From positions 466,958 to 530,957 of the forward strand of contig NMRA01000305.1 of assembly GCA_002633005.1 (NCBI GenBank): a DNA stretch of 64,000 bases. Reading direction: 5' to 3'. This document shows, piece after piece, positions 55,651 through 64,000 of this stretch. Numbering within the stretch: position 1 is the stretch's first letter; every line of letters begins with the position of its first letter. The notes under the pieces were generated by a model. The model was not told the DNA's origin and made no database searches. It saw only the letters and a list, made by a program, of their open reading frames with translations. The stretch comes from Phoronis australis (lineage: Eukaryota > Animalia > Phoronida). A program made the position numbers and the translations under genes.

Positions 55651-57717
55651 GGCTGGCACATTATAAAAGATTTAATCACCCTAACTTGACTCGGCTGTTA
55701 TAGTTTTCATAAAAATCGCCTCAAGAGATTCAAAGTAATTTCAGAGAAACTACACCACTGCCACTGGCACCGCGTCGTCTTATTCTTGAATAAAAGTGAA
55801 ATTCAATTGTTACGTAAGCCAAAGTATTCGCAATATGTATTGTCATTACAGGCAATCAAACAGACATTCTGAGCACTGCCAGTTCAACTTGACTGCGATA
55901 ACACAACCCGACCGCAGAGACGGGCCTGTGCCGAGTTGCATGAAAAAGTCCTAAATACTGCTTCAACTAAGTTCCCTATATCATTTCTTTTGCCTTTCTG
56001 TGTCTTTGTTTACTCACAAATGTAATCTTTTTCTATCATATCATCTTTATTATGGCCTCCTCATCGACTTATGACAATTTATAATAATATAATTAAAAAC
56101 TGAGTCCTGAATATAGGTGGGACTTAGTCTTAATTTAAGTTAGGAGTGTTGTATGAAAAGATCCCTAAATAGTTACGATAATATTAACTAAGTAATGAAA
56201 TTTAAATAGCACAAGAAAAGACAATCAGTGTTTTCACAAGTCCACAAATATGCAGTAGATTTATGGAGCTTAGTTGAGCCCCTATTTTGGGTCTGTTTCA
56301 TGCAATCGGGCCGGGCACTGGAACTCAAAAACTCGTAAAAACACCTTTTTGAACACATCGTGGCTAATCTACTTCTTGGGATCCTCACATGAGAGTTATT
56401 TTCTTTGACTATGGCAAGAATTTGTAGAAAATATCGTCAGATTCACTATTTTTGAAATACAGATGAAATAAAAAGTTCTCTTCTTTCTCTGCATGCCCCG
56501 GCCCAATGACTAGTTTTCAAATTTTCAATAATCATGTGTTCACTCAGTAGTACCCAGTAAACCTCTCTCAAGAGCAGATAATCGCCGTTGTTTTGTTTAT
56601 GTCTACATCAAAGGCCAAAGATCACATTTAATAACTTTCCCTATGAGGAAATAAGTACAACTATGTCTTGCCAGTAAGGAGACGCTTTGCGGGGCCACCA
56701 GGTGGTCGAGCAGTGCGGACATATCAATTTCGAAATTTGAAACTTAATGAAAATGCTTCGACATCAACAAAAATTCAAAATCTTTTCGAACATACAATAA
56801 AAATACCTGATGAACAATTTGACTTCTGTTTCAATGGCTGTGAAACATTTCGCATCTGTCATACCCGCCCAACTTAAACATAGCCGCCAGCTATGGCAGT
56901 CCCTGATGCAGGCCTAATATTGTGTACGATCGTCGCAGATGGCCTGCAGTTAAACAGCTCCTCAATCTTTCGTCGCTCTCCTTGTCATTCTAAAGTATTT
57001 TTAGTAAACAAATGTTCATTGTATGAGGGTGGCTTAATAAAGTATAATAATGTCTCTCTATCATGACATGACGGCCTAGTAAATACTCTCGCGTGAGCCA
57101 GACACAACCAGCAGTGACGACCAGTGATAAAAGCGTCACCTATCGGCGGGATTGTTTTCCCGGAAGTTGGTATCCAAGTGCATAAGAAACGGAGTGGTCA
57201 TTCACGACCCGTGTCTTTCTGCGTTGTTCGTCTCCTTAGATTAAAAACAGGTAGGAAACTGAGTGTTTTAAGTGCAACGCACGACCAAACTGGTTATTGT
57301 TGCCTCTTAACAAGAACGTTGGTTTTATGTTTTGTGTCTCCACTTTAGACTTCTGCCCTTTTGGTAACGGTCGGATAGGGTCCCTAACTTTACGCTTTAT
57401 TATTCAGAGGGAATAACTTGTTTTGAAAGGACCGATCTATCTGGCTATTACCCTGTAATATTGAATAGGCGTAACCCTGACTACTATCTACTACTATGTG
57501 AGGTTTGCTTTCATCCCTTAGCGAAATAAAATGCGCCATGTCTGTTGCTGTGTCTTAATCACTCTAACTTAATGTTTTTCGTTTTTGTTTGTAATGTTCG
57601 TTTGTTTGTACGCATACTGCTGGTCACATTTCTCATCTGATCAACCTGCAATTCACAGACATCATGCATCTGTATGATCTCGTTAATAGCTCATGTCTAG
57701 TGCATTCCGGACTTTCC

Positions 57718-58896
57718 GGTTCAAACTGATAGCCCGTGAAACCTAACGATCCAACCCGTGAAGTCTTTGTCGGATCAGCTCTTGACTAAGTCAGGATTGG
57801 TGCCAGGCGAGTTGCCATGTAGACGTTTATTATTCTGCGTTCTGTTTCAAAATGAACTATTCTCATCCTAACCAATGCTTTTATGAAAATGCAACAAAGT
57901 CTGTCTCATTAGATACAATTTGTAATGCCTTGGTGTGCTCGTGAGTGCAAATGTTTTGAGAAGCCAGCAATGAATTAACCACTGCCTTACCGGCTTCTGA
58001 TGCCAGCAACAAAGGTAATTGACCGGGCACCGAGGCCGTGTGAGCGCATGCTAATTCAGTCATTGCTGACAGAAAGCTGTTGTGAAGGAATTACTCGATT
58101 TTGTATGCCATGGTCACATGTTAGGGGAATCTTTATTTAGAAATACAAATACATTATTCAAATCATTGTTACTATACAACCTTTGCCCCCGATAACTAAG
58201 TAGATTTTCAGTTTCATGGCTAATCAACATAAATAATTACGTGCACGTTATTTCTTTGGCTCACTATTATAGTTTTTTTTGTGACTGGAAGTTTAATTTC
58301 CAAATCAAGCTGGTTTATGTTTGTGTCAGTCGCGGCGGCCGCGACGGGCCTGATCGGGTTCCGAGCCACTGGCCGGGATAACGAGTCAGTACGGCCGGTA
58401 CGGGCCTGATCGGGTTCCGAGCCACTGGCCGGGATAACAAGCGTTTTGTGTGTTTAGAACTCAAAATATCACAAGTATAAACATTACAGATCTAGGTTCT
58501 CCTATCTGTATTTCATGGAAGAATACTTCGAATTTATTTCCGAACAGACCCCGAACTTTGTAGGCCATGGTGTGTCCAAATACCAGTAAATCCGTAAGAG
58601 CGAAATAAAACAACACGTTTTTATAAGAACTCGGTGTAATTTTAAGCGTTTTACATCGAAGTTTGATGATTTATTGGTATTAAACGAAGAATTCAAGCTA
58701 TAAGCTAACACCACTAACCCGTGTTGTGAACTGTTGAACAAACTGCTTGTGAAACCAATTACGTCATTGGATAATTTTAACACCTCTGTCTGCCGTCAGG
58801 TGTCAGGAACGCAACCGAACCTGCCATTATCGAGTAGAACTACTGTATCTAAATTGTTACAAAATAGGTTGTTTTTTGGGTAGCGTTCTCCTTTAA
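57718..58896. mobile_element. Left-truncated second copy of the Kolobok-like element
   Basis: Direct repeat of ~54497-55650; ends GGGTAGCGTTCTCCT-TTAA; carries an internal short duplication at ~58345-58440. Confidence 0.8.
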
Positions 58897-60326
58897 CATT
58901 ATTCACTCAAAGCTGTTTTTCAAAGTACACAGAAATGAACATTGCCATTCCAGGCTCATCTATTCATGGATCCACAGGGGTAATAAAACAATTATCTTCT
59001 CAGGACCTTAAACTATTTGCTAAGGAGTGTTAACTGAAGTTACGCAGCCCAACTGGAAAGTTGTATTACCTGAGCGGGGTTTGCAGAGAACTACTTTCAC
59101 TGACTTTGCATGTCTTGGCGTTACCGTCAAAGTCATTCTGAATCCATAGATGGTAATAAAACAATTATTTTCTTAGCCAGGACCATAAACACTTTCTTTC
59201 ACTGTGTTTTGTTACACAGTCCAACTGGAACAGCTGCATGACTAAGAGGAAGGTTCACAAAGAACTACTTTCACTGACCTTGCATCAGTTTCACAAGGCC
59301 TATTGTGAGTTATCAAGGACCTTGATATACAACCATTCCCAAAATTCTAAGCTGAAATGAGAACAAGTTAAACCTTTCAAGACCTAAATGGACCTGTCTA
59401 AATGTGTAGTCCTTAAAATTACTCTAGGGAAAGAATCTCACTGTACTTATCTGTATGTATTCTTTATTCAGAAGACAATGCATGAAAACTGTCCTTTGTG
59501 CTGTGCTATATTGATGTGTTACCACCAAAGTTACTCGAAATCTCATAGAATGATGTTATTGTAAGGAAAACATGAACACAAAATGTGAAGTCTTTTCGAA
59601 ATGAAAAATTTCCATGAAAAGATTACACATAACACATTTTTGAACAAACAATCAGATTTTCTAAACATGTAAACAGTTATCAAAAATATACCTTTAATCA
59701 TACTGTAATGGAAAATTTTCCGAAATGTGACCAATTAAATGTCTTAATTTGTTGTGGTATAATTAATTTTTTTTTCTTGTATCTCTCTCATTGTTTTGTT
59801 ATTTTTTGTTGTGTCTATCGAAGGTAAATGGCTCACTTTGAATACTTACTATATTAAAACGGTAGTGCGTCAGCGACATTGCTTGAAGTATCCCATGCTC
59901 TCCGCCAAGATTATAATTTATTTAGTGCAAACCGGAAATTACAGATCCTATTAGCCATGATTTATTTTTACACGTAACGACTCGGACTGGCTCTTGCGCA
60001 GCCTTGTAGCCAAGGTGAAACCAGTGTGCCGAATGGCAACCTACCGTTAGCATCTAAATGCCAGCCAGGGTTTATATTGTGTATAGGTCTACTGTGTGCG
60101 TCTATGTCTTACGGGGATCAATGCAAAAAGTGAGTTAGGAGGTCGACCCGTGGAAGTAGCCTGTAGGGCTGTAGTTCTAAGTGGCGTATGACATTAATTA
60201 CACAAGTCTGTCGGAAGACATACTCCTCGAGAATTGATAAAGAACTTGTTTTTTGTGCACTAACTAGACTATTTTGTTGACAAACACCTTCAATGTTAAT
60301 TTTTTTAGTCAGCCTGATATTTGGGG

Positions 60327-60424
60327 AGTGCTCTATTCTGTGATAGTGCTCTATTCTGTGATGGTGCTCTATTCTGTGATGGTGCTCTATTCTGTGATGG
60401 TGCTCTTTTCTGTGATAGTGCTCT
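60327..60424. repeat. 18-bp tandem repeat (GTGCTCTATTCTGTGATG), ~5 copies
   Basis: Read directly. Confidence 0.92.
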
Positions 60425-62964
60425 TGACGCAACCTGTGGGTTAGTCAGTGAGTAATACGGGCTCCAACTTGGAAATACAGAATGCAGACCCAAACTTTTA
60501 CAAGGGAAGAAACTGTAAATGGTTAGTGACATGGTCTTTATGTTCCAATCCAATTCTGAGCAGCCTAATGGTATCAACAATTGTTCAGTTAAAGACCATC
60601 AACTAATGTGGGCTAGAATAATAACCAGCTTTTGTACCTTTCTGTTTAATGTATCTTTTGATAATGGTAATAACTGTTAAACAACTGTGTAAAGTTAATA
60701 GAGACTGCAACAAGGAGAGTCCATTCCGAATTACAGGGACGCTGGCAGGGTGTGTCCGAGAATGCCAAAAATTCTTAGCAATCTCGGACAAACTGATTGC
60801 CGAAATTGCTTTTTTGCCATTTTTGAAGGGCTTCTTACATTCTCAAAATGTTGTCTGATGGTAGAGAACTTGAAAATGGTATATAAAGTGTTGATTTTGC
60901 ATGACATATTGTCTATAGTATGAAAAAATCAAAATTTCACTTGCCCACAAAATTGTGTCCTGAGATTTGCTGTCAATTTTCATTCAAAACTGAACACATC
61001 CCTTCCTTATCTTTGTCCTGTGACATTTCTTGGTCTCTTATTACCTCTTGTAGTCTCACAGCCTAAATGTCTTAGAATTGCTTGTTTGGCTAAACAACCC
61101 AATCTCGTAGCAGATGATGACCGAACATCCGAGTTCATCGAGCCTCTGTTATGTCACTTAAATATTGAAGTAAGTTTAAGAAAAATTAATGTTCCTACGA
61201 ATCTGATGTTGGATCACAGGTATGTTAAATCCTTGCATTTTTATTACTTGGTGGAAAATTCGACAATTTAAGTCATTTTAAGTCCTTACTACCTTGATAA
61301 AAGTTTAAATGAATGTTTTTTACCTTGAGAGAAAAAGGAAGAAAAGTTTTGTCCCGGAATTATGGTATAAATATCAATATAAATAGTACTTACATTTATG
61401 CAAAATAAATAGCGGGTAAGCAATGATTCTTCGATGCCTTTGTGATGGGTAGAACTGTTTACGGGTAAGTCAGATTTTTCTAAGCAAAGTTATCTTTTAC
61501 TTTATTTTGATGAGTTAATTTTGTTGAAACCCCATTCCCAAAATGCTCCTGTCTTGAGTTATGGTTTGTTCAAGTCACTCTTAGTTCCAGGCCATAAGAC
61601 CACGCTTCTTAAAGTTTGGCACCCCTGTTCCTTTAAAGTGCTAACAAGGAAACCACATAATGTGATGTCAATGGAGTTGAACTTTTATGACCGTTAATGG
61701 GCAATAGGTTTTAGTTCTTGGTAACAATCACAAACCAGCTTCTCCTCATAGAAAGACTCGACGGTATGTTACTTTGAGTGTTTGTAGGCCTAAAAACTTT
61801 TTAAAAATGCAATATTTTGCATCCTTGAGTGTAGAATTTGTTAAATATTTGTGCTCCCGAGCTTCATTGAAACCTAGGTTGAATTCCGTCTGTTAATATT
61901 TTGCATATGGTTTAGAATCCTGGCGCACTGTGTAGAGTGAGTACTGGTTCCATGGTGTTGGAAAGGATACCCTGTTTACGATTTTGATGTAAGAATGGTC
62001 CTTATTTTTATAAATGTGGTACGAAGACCACACCACACATCAGTCATGGGATTTAACTATGGGTGGCTAATCTCCATATCTTTGACTCGGTATAAACATT
62101 GGGTGACAAATATTGGGGCAAGTAGTTTGATATGAATTAAAGTGCAAATTTCAGCAAGCGACCTGTTGTCATTGTGTCCCAGTGCCTTTTGAAATTGTGT
62201 AAAATTGAGTTTGGTTCCTCATTTACGACACTGCTGATTTGATGCAGTTTTAAACCGCAAAGTATTTTGCTTTGTTTGGTATACTACATACGAGATATAC
62301 ATTTGAAGCTTTTGGTACAAGTATGAGTCACAATTTTTGAAAGGTATACCCATGGTGTCATTTTCAAGGCCTAGTGATACCCCCAATAACCCTGAGGTCT
62401 CGCTCCAGGCTAATCCTCCATGTTTGTACAAGATATTTGTATGTCATATAGGCTATGACACCGTAATAAATAACTGATTAGAACTGACACTATGACATTG
62501 GTGATGTGCAAACATGATGATGGTGGAGAAATTACGAACCAGTGACTGAGCTAATTCAGTTACATCTCGCTTATTTGATAGGTTTCGGATTGTTTACAGA
62601 ACTCAATGTCACGGTGTGCTTAAGTTATTGAGAACCAGCTGTAGAGTGTGTTTTTGTGGGTGCGTGCATGTTGAGTTTAATAATGCAGGAATTTTGGGGT
62701 GACATTTTGCGAATAGTTATCGATAATACTTTGTGGCGGGAACTAGTTTCGCGCAAAATTTCATGTAACAAAGTTTCATTTAACGAAGTTTCATTTAATG
62801 AGTTACTGTTTTATTGAACTAGAAGAATTATTCTACTCACTGCTACAAACTTTCTTTCGATACATATAAGTGTACTGCCTTTCACCCAAAACTTCTTGTT
62901 CTGTAAACTATTTACCTCAACTTTTTCTGTTTGCAGGTCTGTGCAGTTTACCTGAAATTTAATC

Positions 62965-64000
62965 ATGGTGGATGGCGACACCGCTAGTCCCGATGTGGTC
63001 AACGAATCATCTAAAGAGAATACGAATGGTGATGTGAAAGAGAACTCTATTCACACTTCTGATGGTCAGCCAGAGGAGTCGGCAAAGACTGCCAACGGGA
63101 CTGGAGAAACAGCAGAAGAAACTCCTGCTAAGGCGAACCAAGGATCTGATGGAAGTGAAGCTGTAGCAGATGTTACTGCCAAACCTGATGCAGGGGAGAC
63201 AATTGTTAATGGAGCAAGTGGGGAGGATACTGGCAAGAAGAAAGATGATGATGGTAGTTCAACTGGAGTTGCAACTCAAGGTAATACTGAATCAAGTGGT
63301 ACTGTCGGTGATGTTAAAAATGATGGTGAGCCAAGTAGCAATGAAGGTGATGCTAATAGCAAGGCTGAGCCAAGTGGAACTGAAAGTGATGTGAAGACGA
63401 GTGCTGAGCCAAGTGGTACTGAAACTGCTGCAAAGAATGATGCTGAGACAAGTGGTCCTGAAAGTGATGGAAAAGATAAAGTTGAGCCAAGTGGTGCTAC
63501 GAGCGATAGTAAGAGTACTGCTGAGCCAAGTGGTACTGAAAGTGAAGTAAAAGATAAGGTTGAGGCAAGTGGTACTGAGAGCGACGTAAAAGATAAGGTT
63601 GAGGCAAGCGGTACTGAGAGTGACGTAAAGAGTAATGCTGAGCCAAGTAGTGCTGAAAGTGATGTGAAGACAAATGCTGAGTCAAGTGTTATTGAAACTT
63701 CTGCAAAGAGTGATGTCGAGCCAAGCGGTCCTGAAACTGATGTAAAGGATAAGGTTGAACCAAGTAATGCTGAAAGTGATGTAAAGAGTAGTGCTGAGCC
63801 AAGTGGTACTGAAACTGCAGCAAAGAATGATGTCGAACCAAGTGGTACTGAAAGTGATGTAAAGGATAAGGTTGAACCAAGTAATGCTGAAAGTAATGTA
63901 AAGAGTAGTGCTGAACCAAGTGGTACTGAAACTGCTGCAAAGAATGATGCCAAGCCAAGTGGTACTGAAAGTGATGTAAAGGATAAGGTTGAACCAAGTA
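62965..64000 (+). CDS. Unidentified protein, N-terminal acidic Ser/Thr/Glu/Asp-rich region with 13-aa tandem repeats (EPSGTESDVKDKV-type); open at the right edge
   Basis: Acceptor ctttttctgtttgcag ends at 62936, ATG in aatcATGG context at 62965, and no stop for ~345 codons (MVDGDTASPDVVNESSKENTNGDVKE...). It is missing from the ORF track because the stop lies outside the window. Confidence 0.75.
   Translation, partial: MVDGDTASPDVVNESSKENTNGDVKENSIHTSDGQPEESAKTANGTGETAEETPAKANQGSDGSEAVADVTAKPDAGETIVNGASGEDTGKKKDDDGSSTGVATQGNTESSGTVGDVKNDGEPSSNEGDANSKAEPSGTESDVKTSAEPSGTETAAKNDAETSGPESDGKDKVEPSGATSDSKSTAEPSGTESEVKDKVEASGTESDVKDKVEASGTESDVKSNAEPSSAESDVKTNAESSVIETSAKSDVEPSGPETDVKDKVEPSNAESDVKSSAEPSGTETAAKNDVEPSGTESDVKDKVEPSNAESNVKSSAEPSGTETAAKNDAKPSGTESDVKDKVEPS

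Noticed and set aside
57100-57260. Promoter and first non-coding exon of the 62965 gene (CCGGAAGT motif, CAG|GTAGG donor)
   Set aside because: Plausible, but these short motifs occur by chance and no transcript evidence is available.
63276-63997. Minus-strand hydrophobic ORFs of 225, 62 and 102 aa
   Set aside because: Antisense shadows of the + strand 39-bp coding repeat, which has the acceptor, the ATG and a longer open frame.

Overview
AT-rich, intron-rich animal genomic DNA, most likely an invertebrate bilaterian; the species cannot be determined from the sequence. Two spliced genes lie head-to-tail on the minus strand. One is a complete ORC5 (13 coding exons, 47534->31373, 447 aa). The other is the 5' part of a Reelin gene (15 coding exons, ~760 aa, 24053/25619->1490) that runs off the left edge. 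Human RELN and ORC5 have the same order and orientation. A single-coding-exon RING/B-box/coiled-coil/NHL TRIM gene (7041-8990, +) is nested antisense in a Reelin intron, and a deleted pseudogene of it lies at ~52600-53266 (-). An unidentified + strand ORF with acidic 13-aa tandem repeats starts at 62965 and runs off the right edge. The non-coding DNA holds TA-flanked TIR elements with a HIRAN-like relic, TTAA-flanked Kolobok-like elements, fold-back MITEs, tRNA-derived SINEs, LINE and Penelope fragments (one with a hammerhead-like motif) and minisatellites. The most unusual signal is that several intronic tandem arrays are decayed copies of the neighbouring exon end plus its splice site. All exon models were read by eye from GT-AG junctions and frame continuity; no database searches were run.
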